Assembly (NCBI GenBank): GCA_040285855.1 | Contig: JAUFOQ010000006.1 | Span: 1,364,001-1,428,000 of the forward strand | From: Eukaryota sp. GEM-RC1 | Taxonomy: Eukaryota | DNA length: 64,000 nt | Direction: 5' to 3' | Shown: in pieces, positions 26,321 to 37,200 of the stretch | Layout of the letters: each line of letters begins with the position of its first letter | Numbering within the stretch: the first letter of the stretch is position 1 | The notes under the pieces: model-generated | Seen by the model: only the letters and a program-made list of their open reading frames with translations | Databases searched by the model: none | What the model was told of the DNA's origin: nothing | Made by a program: the position numbers and the translations under genes

Positions 26321-28557
26321 CATACCTAGGAAATACAGATACACTGTATCCTGTATTTGTATCTGTATTCTGTATTTGTATCTGTATCCTAACATTGATT
26401 AATATCGTGTATTCTATATTTTGTGGATTTTCTTCAAACCCTTCAATTGAAACTGACAAAGAAGCTCCCACCAGTCGACTGCAATAATAAACAGCGTCCA
26501 CAAATTTTGTTCAAGGATCAAAAGACATCAGATGTGTATCCAACTCGAAACTGTTAGATGAGCACACACAATAGCATTTGTTTTTCCCTTATTATTCAAT
26601 GTATGTATGTTATTTCCAATCATCTCTCTGATGTTAAAGCAACATCTCCTTTGGGTGTACCGAAGAATATTTTAGCGAAGGAGGGAAATCTCAATATAAA
26701 GGTAAAAGAAGTTTTTCGACTAACAGTCACACTGATGATAACCGAGTTTTGAAGTAATTTACATTCTTAGACTTTAACTGACGTAAAAATAGTTAAATAT
26801 GTGATACCTTAGAGTAGAACGAGAACAAAATCATTTTTATAAATGGAATATAAGGATTTCAAAGCTGTACCAACATATGTTTAACTATTCGAGAGAAATA
26901 AAAATGCATATTCCTATAAATGGAAAACACAATACGCTTTTTCCACTCAGATTTTAGAAACTTACGCTACTTTTCTTTATAAAGTTCTTCAAAATCTTTG
27001 TGAATTTGTGCACCAGCAAGACTAATTGATCCAAAAGCGAAACAACAAATTTGGAACACAAATTTGGAATACATGTGAACAATATATGTTTAACTGTGTT
27101 TATGAAATACAAACTTATCTAACAACAATGACAAGTACATTGCCACGTCAACAGTAGAATCTTATGACCAATGATGTCTTTGTATCTGTATCTGTATTTT
27201 TGTATCTGTATTCTGTATTTGTATCTGTCTTTGGAAAGAGAGATGTTTATTCGGCACCCAATAAGGTAACCTTCCTACAAACTATGAAATTGTAAAAACA
27301 AACAAATAATACTAAGATTAAATCCAAACGACTTCATCACCACCCGGTAAAAGATTACGTTTATCAACATTAACCTTCACACCAAACTTGTACAATTTCT
27401 CAATTAATCTAGAGAAATAGAAAGGCATATTCCGATATATGGAAAACACTATACGGTTTTTCCATTCAGCCATTCTAAACTTACGCTTCTTTTCTTTACA
27501 CAATTCTTCGAAATCCTTGAAAAATTGATCACCAGCAGGACTAATAGATCCAAAAAGAGAAACAGCAAAAGGTTGAAACACAAATTTGGAATATGAGTTT
27601 CTATTTAATTCTTCTACTTGAGAGTCATACTTGGAGTGTTTGAGCTTTTCAGCTGTTGTTAATGGATTAAAAGAAGAATCTAATATCCTACTAACACAAG
27701 ATTTGTTACATACATTTACTGTAGTAAAATCCATTAATGATTGACTCGATTTAAGCCACGGAGTATGTAGATCCCCTCTTTTTGATCAGTAAATTCATTT
27801 TCTGAAAGATGGTTCAAAACTGGTTCAACTTTAGAGTGAAAACCATGTGCTTTAAACATGGAATAACAAGAATCACGTACACCATCATGAATTACTGCAC
27901 GTAGATGAATAAAATAACGACAATTAATTAAATGACGAAAAACACCATTAGCTCCACAAGAGCACGTTGAATAGTTTAATAAATTTGCAGGCCAAATAGC
28001 CAAATGAAGACGCATATTGATCATCCAAGCTTCATCAGATAGATGTAATCCATACACCTTTGGAATTTGAGAAATAAATCCAGAAGGTCCACTATTACAA
28101 AGATCAATTAAAAAAGCAGCGAACTCGGGACTATTAGTTTTAGCCAAGCTAATACGATTATTAAAGTCCAAGAGTTCAAACTCCTTGTCAATTAATTTTG
28201 CAGCTTACATACAGCAGATGGTAGAGATGAAATATTTTTAAAGGAGTCTCCTTCAAATGAGCAGGGAAAAAAGATTCCCACATTTCAGGAGACAAAGATG
28301 ATACCAAATCTTTAGCAGATTGAATCCAACGGCAATTACTGGAATTCAACAGATTGATTCCATCCAAGGGAAACCGTTTCAAAAATTCAAACACAAAATT
28401 CTTAACACCTCCTAAAAGAGCAGATTTTCTAATGATTTTTGCATGGGTGAAACCTACTCCTGCGAATTTAGAAGAATAAAAAAGCATGAAATGGAATCTT
28501 AGACTCATCAATTTCAGCCAAGTATTTGGAAATGGTTTCGTGTATTTCCTAGATTTG
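26321..28557. mobile_element. Non-autonomous hAT-like element containing a CRE insertion
   Basis: TIRs CATACCTAGGAAATACA / TGTATTTCCTAGATTTG; near-TSD ACTAAATC 26313-26320 / ACTCAAATC 28558-28566; TGTAT(C/T) subterminal repeats. Confidence 0.78.
27238..28522 (-). mobile_element. 5'-truncated CRE-like family A copy
   Basis: Near-identical to 21580-22865; flanked by T(C/A)TTTGGAAA at 27228-27237 and 28523-28532 (TSD). Confidence 0.92.
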
Positions 28558-28924
28558 ACTCAAATCTACTGTATTTATAGCGGGAAGCTCTACATAGCGT
28601 AGGTACATATAGTCCCACTAAAAACAGTTTTGACTGTACGTAGTATTCAATTTCAAAATTTGAACAGTTGCTACGTGAATAGCCTATTGCGAAGTAATTG
28701 ATGGTTGTATTGTATTGTGCCAATGTTAACAAAAACATCGTTCAGTTCTTGATGTTTTAGTAAAGTGTTGTATGATAAATTCACCGATGGATTTTATTAC
28801 CATTGCAAATTAAGAATAGCATCAGTATTGACAAATGATAAACCCAATAATAAAATTCCAGAAAAGCAATCTGGCCCTTGAGGGTATTGATTTTTAGATG
28901 TAGGGACACTGTAGTGTACTAAAC

Positions 28925-29362
28925 TTTGTTCGGTACCCAAACCTTCCTACGAAAATACAAATTTGTAGCAACATACAAATAATACTAAGACTAAATCCAA
29001 ACGCCTTCTTCCCCAAAAGGTTACGTTCTTCAACATAATCCTTCACACCAAACTTGTACAATTTCTCAACTAATCGAGAAAGATAGAAGGGCATATGCCT
29101 ATTTATGGATAACACAATGCGGTTTTTCCCTTCAGCGATTCTAAACTTACGCTTGGTTTCTTTACAAAGTCTTCGAAATCCTTGAAGAATTGATCACCAG
29201 CAGGACTAATCGATCCAAAAAGAGAAACAGCAAAAGGTAGAAACATCAATATGTTGAAACACAAATCTGGAATATGAATTTCGATTCTATTCTTCTACTG
29301 GAGAGTCATACTTGGAGTGTTTGAGCTTTTCAGCAGCTGTTAACGGATTGAAAGAAGAATCT
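28925..29362 (-). mobile_element. Diverged 3' fragment of CRE-like family A
   Basis: Colinear with 27250-27682. Confidence 0.8.
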
Positions 29363-29499
29363 ATAAAGACCGTAGTGTTGTTGTCAATATATAGATATAG
29401 TGATTATACAAGCCAAATATAGTATTCATTTTGTTTGACTAATCTTCGAGTTACACTGAGATTTTTTTTATTTTTATTTTTGTCCAGTTGTATTTTCTA

Positions 29500-30272
29500 G
29501 TTGACAACAACACTGCAGTGTACATACATCTAATAATCAATGTCCCCAAAGTCCAGATTGCATATCTGGAAATTATCACCTACCTTATCCTCATAATGTC
29601 TGCCAAGAGATAATAAAGCGCTAGATACAGAAGTCACCATACCTTTAAAGATACCAAACACAATTCGACTTTTCCAAAATCTAAGATCAAAAGTCCTAGA
29701 TGCTTTTTTCTTTTACAATCTTCACAAAGATTTCAAGGAATGATGTTGCAGATTCACCTAAAGAACCGTACAGTGAAAATACAAAAGGGTACAACAAGTA
29801 ATTCGAGTGTGAAGCCGAATGCAATAATTTCAATTTAGCACAATATTTTTCTGATTGAAATTTTTCACCAATCAACAGAGGGTTTTTAGCATTAGATTTA
29901 GCAAGTTTCTTGTTGGAACCATTACAAACATCGATAGACATAACATCAGCAATAATGAATGATCCATCGAGACCAGGAAATATGGCATCACCACGGCTAT
30001 TTCCAAACGACTTGTCAACATCTGTATCATCAAACAAACCAGCAAAAACTGGTTCTAAAAAGGAAACTATTCCATAAAATTTACACATACAATATAATTG
30101 ATCCCTACTGAATCATGAACCTTACTTGTTAAAGAAATAAAACGGTTACAATTCAATATATGTGTAGGTGTTACAGATTGCCCACATTGGCATTTCAAAT
30201 TATGTGGAAGATTATCAGGCCAAATATATGACAGTAAACGCATGTTTAATGACCAAGAGTTATCATCAAGAA
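29500..30272 (-). mobile_element. 3' part of RLE non-LTR family B
   Basis: CQCGQSVTPTHxLNC, SFLEP, SRGDAIFPG, YPFVFSLYG; inverted copy of 53185-53950. Confidence 0.85.
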
Positions 30273-30728
30273 AAAAGTAATAAAAGAATTAGTAAATTCA
30301 AACGGAACATAGCAGAGACATGAGGTGTTCCTGAGATGTGAGTAGCCCCAATGTATAGTAAAAAAAATCAAGAGTAGAGTCTATTAGTATCACTGAGCAA
30401 TATTAAACGGGAATTAGTACTACTGTAATAAGACATTGTAATAGAAGATGCCATCATTACGTAAACATATACATGTAACAAGAAAACTGCAAACAGTGTT
30501 TATACAACTAAAAGAGATAGAAGAAAGTAACTCAAACTAAAGCTAACATCCTTAGCAAACCACATTGACTTAAAAGGGTATGGTAAGATAAATAACCAGA
30601 GCAAATTCAGTACTAACAGACAAGCAAAAAAACCATTCCAATACCAAAAATAACGTTTCACAGAATAAGAACAAATAAAACAACTAAAAAGTAAAATTGA
30701 AATCAAATTTCACAAATAATTTGAATAT

Positions 30729-31424
30729 TTAACTGATATTTTGAGACATTAACGACTGCAAATTATACCGTTTGAATCGATCAAAATCCTCCAAAACTGC
30801 ACAAAACAACACATTTTTAATTATTTCAACTACAAACGTATAATCAGGGCCCGAAAGATCCACAAAGAATCCTGGAATAACACAGCTATCAACGACTGCC
30901 ATGACGTCAGCTCTAGTGACTTTGCTTGACAATCTTGCTTTATACTCAACTCGATACGACACTAATGTTGATCCCTTCTTTTCTTTGATTGAGTTGATTT
31001 TATCAGTTACCCACGGTGCAAATTGAGAGTTGAGATCAGAAGAATGACAGACGAATGTGATAGGAACAATGCGTTGTAGATAACGAGCAGACATCTTGCC
31101 TAGGAGAGCCTCTTCTAGGATTGTTCGAGAAAGGGTGGTAACATTGTAAGCATCAGGGACACAGAATGCCATCAGACAAGTTACGCCAAGGTCGATGGGT
31201 TTCCCTATTTGGCCAGATTGTCCCTTGTTAGAACGGATGAGTACGAGTTCTTGTTCTAGTAGAGATGATATTGATTGAGATGAGTCAGTGCATGGTGAAG
31301 AGAGAGTGTCAAGTACTTTAGAGACAAGAGTGGAGAGTTCATCTCTTGCTCTGAGATCTCTCCCTTTAACAACTGTACAGAGAAGGCAGTTCTTATGTCC
31401 ACGGACAGTTTGAAGTGGTATCAT
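30729..31424 (-). CDS. THUMP-domain protein (THUMPD1/Tan1-like)
   Basis: LLCT..GR, ARYLQRIVPI..C, YRVEYKAR, VDLSGPDYTFVVEIIKN, FKRYNL. Confidence 0.85.
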   Translation of the reverse strand: MIPLQTVRGHKNCLLCTVVKGRDLRARDELSTLVSKVLDTLSSPCTDSSQSISSLLEQELVLIRSNKGQSGQIGKPIDLGVTCLMAFCVPDAYNVTTLSRTILEEALLGKMSARYLQRIVPITFVCHSSDLNSQFAPWVTDKINSIKEKKGSTLVSYRVEYKARLSSKVTRADVMAVVDSCVIPGFFVDLSGPDYTFVVEIIKNVLFCAVLEDFDRFKRYNLQSLMSQNIS

Positions 31425-31502
31425 TATCAAATCAGGAAGTAAGCCAAAACTTGTCACAACAAAAGATTTGGTTTAGGGGAATTCACCCCCTTGCACTCCC
31501 AG

Positions 31503-32090
31503 ATGACTTCTTCACCGCTGACTAATGACAAACAAGGTGTAGTCATTTGCGGACCATCCAGTGCTGGTAAAGGTACATTCATCAGGAAGTTGATGGGTGA
31601 TTATCCATTCTTTCGGCATTCTGTATCTCACACCACTCGTCCTCCAAGGGAAAATGAACATCATGGAGTTGACTACTTCTTTGTAACCGATGATGAATTC
31701 GATTTGTTGAAGTCTGAAGGCGCTTTTATCGAAACTGCGTCTGTTCATGGATATCAGTATGGAACTTCCTACATGGCCATCAATGCCTTGTTGGATGCTG
31801 GGTTCATCCCCCTTCTTGATGTGGATGTTCAAGGTGTTAAGTCCATGCGATCTGCAGGTCTCAACTTTGTTTTCGTTTTCATGTACGCACCTTTAGAAAC
31901 TCTCAAACAGCGATTGTTAGAGAGAAACACCGAAACCTCTGAAACGCTTGAAACTCGTCTGAGAACAGCTGAAGAGGAGTTGAAAGCCCTTCAAACTGAT
32001 CGTCATTTGTTTGATCATGTTATGCTCAATGACGGGTCTGTAGACGAGGGTTATAAGAGACTACGTGAGCTTATTGGTGTGCCGGTATAG
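31503..32090 (+). CDS. GUK1: Guanylate kinase
   Basis: VVICGPSSAGKGT, SVSHTTRPPRENEHHGVDYFFV, VHGYQYGTS, LDVDVQG, LKQRLLERNTET. Confidence 0.95.
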   Translation: MTSSPLTNDKQGVVICGPSSAGKGTFIRKLMGDYPFFRHSVSHTTRPPRENEHHGVDYFFVTDDEFDLLKSEGAFIETASVHGYQYGTSYMAINALLDAGFIPLLDVDVQGVKSMRSAGLNFVFVFMYAPLETLKQRLLERNTETSETLETRLRTAEEELKALQTDRHLFDHVMLNDGSVDEGYKRLRELIGVPV

Positions 32091-32283
32091 TATTTTTAGT
32101 TTTGTTTCTAACTGTTTTTTAACTTTTCTTGCCTAGAGTGGCTTTTATTTAAGGTATATTTAAATTGTTGTTCCAATTCTGTGACACAATGGCATAAATT
32201 GCAGTTGTCTGAACTCTATTTTAAAAAAAAATTCTGTTTTCTTTCTTTTTTTTGTTCTTTGTATAAAGTGGTAACCCTTTTTT

Positions 32284-32627
32284 TAGGGTTGTTAAAAGAT
32301 CAGTTCAAGACCTGAAAATCCCAGTTCAGGTCAGGTCAAGGTCGTACCATTCAGGTCAAAGGTCAGGTCACGCTCAAGCATTTGGCAGTTTATGTATGAG
32401 ATTCATGTTTGAAATGATCAAAATCAGATTATCATACACAATTTACTCTTAGTATACACCAATATTCAAGAAATTATAAGATTTGACTGTGTTTATACGC
32501 ATTTTCGATAGTTAAAGAATAAATTAAATTGTAGTTTCCGGCAGGTCCAGGTCAATTGATTCAGGTCAAAGGCCAGGTCAAGGTCAACAAATGAATTGAC
32601 CTGACCTGTGACCTTCTAACAACCCTA
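32284..32627. mobile_element. hAT-like MITE with AGGTCA subterminal repeats
   Basis: TIRs TAGGGTTGTTA / TAACAACCCTA; flanks C(T)6-7 on both sides. Confidence 0.8.
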
Positions 32628-32875
32628 CTTTTTTTGTACAATCACATCACAAAAATTTGTGATTCACACCTATGCTATAAACCTATAATTAGTAAAATTG
32701 TACTGTGTCCACAAACCTAGTGTGAGCAAAAAACCGTCGCACTGAGTAACTTAGCATTGAAGCTGTTTCTACTTGTAGGGAAAATACATTTTTAAAACAA
32801 CTACAAGACAATGATACAAAACTATTCCCAAAGGAAATCACACGAAAAACAACAAAAAGCTAAAACAATAAAGAC

Positions 32876-33992
32876 CTAAATAAATCCCCGAGAAGCTAAA
32901 TATTCCCCAGACTCCTTCAACAACTTCTCTGTATACTCCAACACATCCTTCTCGTAAGGAAACACATTAACACTAGGCAAAACAACATGCTGCTTAGCTT
33001 CCTTTTCCGTCATCAACACCAAGTTGTCCAATACCTTCCCCTTTTCAGGATCCCATGGACAAAAGACTAGCTTCGAGCTGATTTTTGAAAGAGGAGAGCT
33101 GCCTCTGAAACAACATTCGACTATTTCCTCAACATCGTTTTCGGAAAGTATACTGATGCAATCCAAACCAACTGCCATAGAAGTCTTGATTAATGAGCGA
33201 TACAGTTTTGACCTACCAAAAAAGAGGGGACTGGTTTCGAATTGGAAATTACACACGTCAGATATGACCCAGGCAGCGAGGGCATGACCAAAACAAGCAG
33301 GTACTTGCATCATAGAAGGTAGTTTTGACCTCCTAAACCTTAAGCCGGTATGTGACTGATTAGTAGTTGCTTCTGTTGGAGCGTCAGCCTTAAGGGGTTC
33401 GGCGACAATAGGTTCTGTGGAGAAGACAACGTTGACGTTTCGTTTGATTCCTCTTTTAGATAATCTTGACTTGAGAGCTTTGCCCATTTTGCATACAACA
33501 ACGTCACTAATGTCTCCATAAGTGATAAGCGACATATTGCACTTGCAAGCCGCCCCACAGCTCACAATAACTTTGATGTTACGGTCCCTGCATTCAACTA
33601 CAAGTTCTTCTAATGTGGGAAGGTTGTCAAAAGCACAAATGACATAATCTGGTTTCCAATCAAATATTTGGTTGGATGTTTCGGGAGAGCAATACTCATT
33701 TAAGACGGTGGTTTTCGTGTCAGGTAACACCATAGGAAGGAACTCCGCAAGAACATCACATTTAAACTTACCAATATCAGCAAGAGTACCAGTAGCGTTA
33801 CGGTTTAGAGCAGAAGCGTCCATTCTGTCCCCATCTGCAAGAAAGAAATTGGAAACACCAGTACGGGCTAATGATACACAACAGTTCGAACCTACACCTC
33901 CTAAACCTATAATAGCAACACGAAGAGCTTGGATTTCGGAAAGCTTATGTCCAAGGAAGATTTCAACGCGTTCAAGTTGAGGGAAGAGTCAT
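32876..33992 (-). CDS. ThiF/E1-like tRNA threonylcarbamoyladenosine dehydratase (TcdA/Tcd1-2 family)
   Basis: The frame extends upstream of the ORF-track start: RVAIIGLGGVGSNC..LARTGV..ADGDRMDASALNRNA..DIGKFK, PDYVICAFDN, LSKRGI..VVFSTE, PACFG. ATG at 33992 needs one C removed from a CCC run. Confidence 0.88.
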
Positions 33993-34010
33993 TTGATGGA
34001 AATTTTGTGT

Positions 34011-34195
34011 CTAAACTGTTAGAATGCACAGAAGCCAATTGCAATAGTACTATGTTTGAAAAGGCAATACACCTCCACTCCAAAATTTGTATTTGTAAAT
34101 CATTTTAGGTCAATCATAAATAGGCCTCAAATAAAATAAAATCACATCGGTTCGGATAAACAAAATCGGTACGTACCAAAGATTTGCGCACATTG
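34011..34195. mobile_element. Right-end fragment of the 5141..5726 MITE family
   Basis: Colinear with 5542-5726; the terminal AATCGGTACGTACCAAAGATTTGCGCACATTG is identical. Confidence 0.85.
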
Positions 34196-34289
34196 AAATT
34201 ACTCACTTACTTTTATCATTGAAATGAGTGAATCCTAAGATTCAATAATTCTACAGATTCACTGTAGTAAATAAAGGCTATGACTATGA
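34196..34289 (-). ncRNA. Putative Fanzor omegaRNA scaffold
   Basis: Minus strand after the stop: CTACAG-tgaat-CTGTAG, TGAATC-ttag-GATTCA, ACTCATTT..AAGTGAGT (one G-U pair). Confidence 0.5.
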
Positions 34290-37200
34290 CTATGACAAAT
34301 AACTGGGTCTAGTTCCTAGACCCCGCTCCAAATGATGCTCCACAATTGTCTTGATGTTGATACATGCTAACTTGTTACGATTCCAAACATTGGCACTACC
34401 ATGACATTCTTCCCTACATTCTTGGGACTTGCATCTCAACAAAGCGTGACACTCTACAAGGGGTTTCTTCTCTCTTTTCCATGGTTTTGGATTACTGATT
34501 TCTTTGAACACTTTAACTGGCTTCCAACAAGTAGGACACTTTGAAGACGTGTAACTCTCATCTACAAGAACAATATTGTAACCATTTCTCTTAAAGAAGT
34601 TTCTCCAACCAACACCTCTACTTGATCGAAGGTGTTTTAGGTTCTGCGTCTTATTACCATTGTCACCAAACATCAATACACAGTCATTTTTATTCCATCC
34701 TTTTGCAGTCATATTTTTCAACAACTTACTTTCTGTTTTTTGAATATGGACGTATCTTTGCATTTTTGAATGCGCCATATCATCAAACAGTAGTAATCAA
34801 ATGTTGATTCAATAACTGTTAGTTTGGAACTCACATAGTCATAGAACGTGTCATAAAGAGTGGACTTCGAATTTTCTTTGGATAATGTTGACTCTTCTTC
34901 TTCAACTGTCTTTCCATCTCGGAGAATGAATTCTTTTTTCTTTCCCCTTCTAAACTTTTGATGAACCCTTGACCATCTGGACCATTCTGTCTCTGTCAAT
35001 CTTAGCCACTCATATTCTTTGTTTCTTCTTTCTCGGGCTTTTTGTTCAGGAAATGGCCTATTTACTTTCTCTGAACAAAAATAGAGTAAATCTGTTTTTC
35101 CAGGGTCAATAAACACTTTTGTTTTCAATGAAAACTCTTCAACATCATAGTCTTGAACATATTCTTCTTTACTGGAGAACTTTGCACTGTCTGGTTTAAA
35201 TGACATTCCCACACAGTCCTCTCTGGTAAGTTCAACACAAGCAGAGAAACCATCAGTTTTAATGGTATTGTTAAACTTATAGCCTTTCTTTATAAATGGA
35301 CGATTAAAGTTGAAAAAGTAAGACCAGAATTGATTTTGTTCAGCAGGAGACATGTGTTCAATTTCAACTTTTGTGTTCCAATCAGACATTTTCTTCTTGA
35401 CATTCACTTGTTTTGTTGACAAAGTGGAACGTAATATTCCCCAAAGACCTTGTGTGTCTATTTCAAAGAAACCTGGTGTGACGTGACGAACAATAGGAAT
35501 TACATTGTAAGCACTTGCTCCTTCACTTTCAAGATAGTTATTTATTTGAATCGCAGATTTAATAAAGGATTGAGGATGTTCACGAACTGATGTTAGTAGA
35601 GATTTAACGACTTTCTTTTTATAAACACCATTAGCATTTTGAACATCAATTGATGGTGGGAAGAGAACATCAATAAAATATTTATCTCTAAACAATCCTT
35701 CAACATAGTCGTTAGTTGCCCACAGAAGTTTAATTTTACCTGCAATGTTCAAACTTCTATTACTGTCGTCTTGAAGAATTTCTGTATTACATCTTTGAAT
35801 AAATTGTTTTATTTCTGCAGGGGTTTTTGGAATGTCATTTCTGTTACCTTCAAGAAAGACATTTTTAACTTGTCTAAGTCTCCAACGAAAAACAGACTGT
35901 TCTTTTTTTGACATTTTTTCTTCTTGATCAGTCTTTTGAAAATAAACATTAATAAATTTGTCAATGTATTGAGCATATCGCATTTTAATATTGGTGTCCA
36001 AATTCGATTTAATAGTTTCACCAACCATTGCCATAAGTCGTGAGGAATGAGCAGCTGGAAAGAGTGGAATTCCTCCATTGTTGAGCATTACTTGTTTGTA
36101 TTGATTTGTAACAAATGTTCTCAAGTGTTCATTAAATGTAGGAGGTCGTCCTTGATTACATAATTCAATCTCATGATGTTCAGCAGAGATGTTTCTTAAC
36201 AGAGTTTGAATATGTTCTACTTCCTTCCTTGTAATTAATCGTAATTTTTCACCATTCTTATCCATGTGTAATAAAAACAGCTTCAAACAATAGGAAGTGT
36301 GCATTCTAAGTTTGTGAACCAATTGAGCATAATAATCGAGTAATAACGTTAATCCAAAATGTTTGACAATAGACTTGAGTGTAGTCTTATGTGTTACGAA
36401 AGTGGGACGAACTATTTTATTTGATTGAAATAATAAAAACAACTTCAATGCTAGTACACTATCTTTGAAGCAATAGTTCACAACTTCTTGAGGTCTTTCA
36501 ACAACACAATCAATAGGCAATAAGTGGTGAAATTCGTCATGAAGACGTCCTTTAGATTCGTTTAATAAAAACCAACTTAATGATCTTAAAGACTTTGAAC
36601 ATTTTGAAACAATAAATTGCTTAGCATAGCCGTATGAATCACAGACAATTCTACCAGCCCATTCAGAACAAACTTTCTGCCATAGAGATGATAAATGAGA
36701 TTTAGTTGTGTCATCTAGCATTGGTTCTGGAAAGTCGACTCCAAGTGTATCAATCCTTTTGTCTAAAACAACATTATCGAAGTCAGTGATGTTAAATCCA
36801 GTTAAAATAGAAGGTTTTTATCATTCAAATAGTTGACAAAAAACTCTAGTAACTGTTTTTCGTCTTCAAAAAAATGAAGGTTTCTACAATCAGGTGGCAG
36901 TTCAACATCAGATTCATGAGTCAACTCATAAGTTGCAACAAAATTGTCTTGAAGGTAAAATTGATCTTTTATAAAATGACCAAACACTCCAGAAATCATA
37001 AAAACTTGTTGGTTTTGAATCCACACTTCTTTTCTGCATCACTTTTCATTTTGAGAGATTCATTCTCGTTCTTTCTTTGATCGTCCAACTCCTGTGTAAC
37101 TGTCTCTGCAGGGATCTGATCAATTTCTCTAGTTTCAATATCAAAAGACAATATTGAACAATGATTAGAGTTATTTGGTAATTGGGAATGTTTCAGAAAC

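Noticed and set aside
27176..27230. TGTAT(C/T) runs as telomeric repeat or CRE target microsatellite
   Set aside because: They are subterminal repeats of the enclosing hAT-like element; other CRE copies insert elsewhere.
31545..31580. Guanylate kinase P-loop variant GPSSAGKGT
   Set aside because: Still fits GxxxxGK(G/S)T; within ordinary variation.
36420..37160. Full B-family DNA polymerase (Polinton or giant-virus insertion)
   Set aside because: No polymerase motifs (DxxSLYPS, KxxxNSxYG, YGDTDS), and no capsid, integrase or packaging ATPase recognised.
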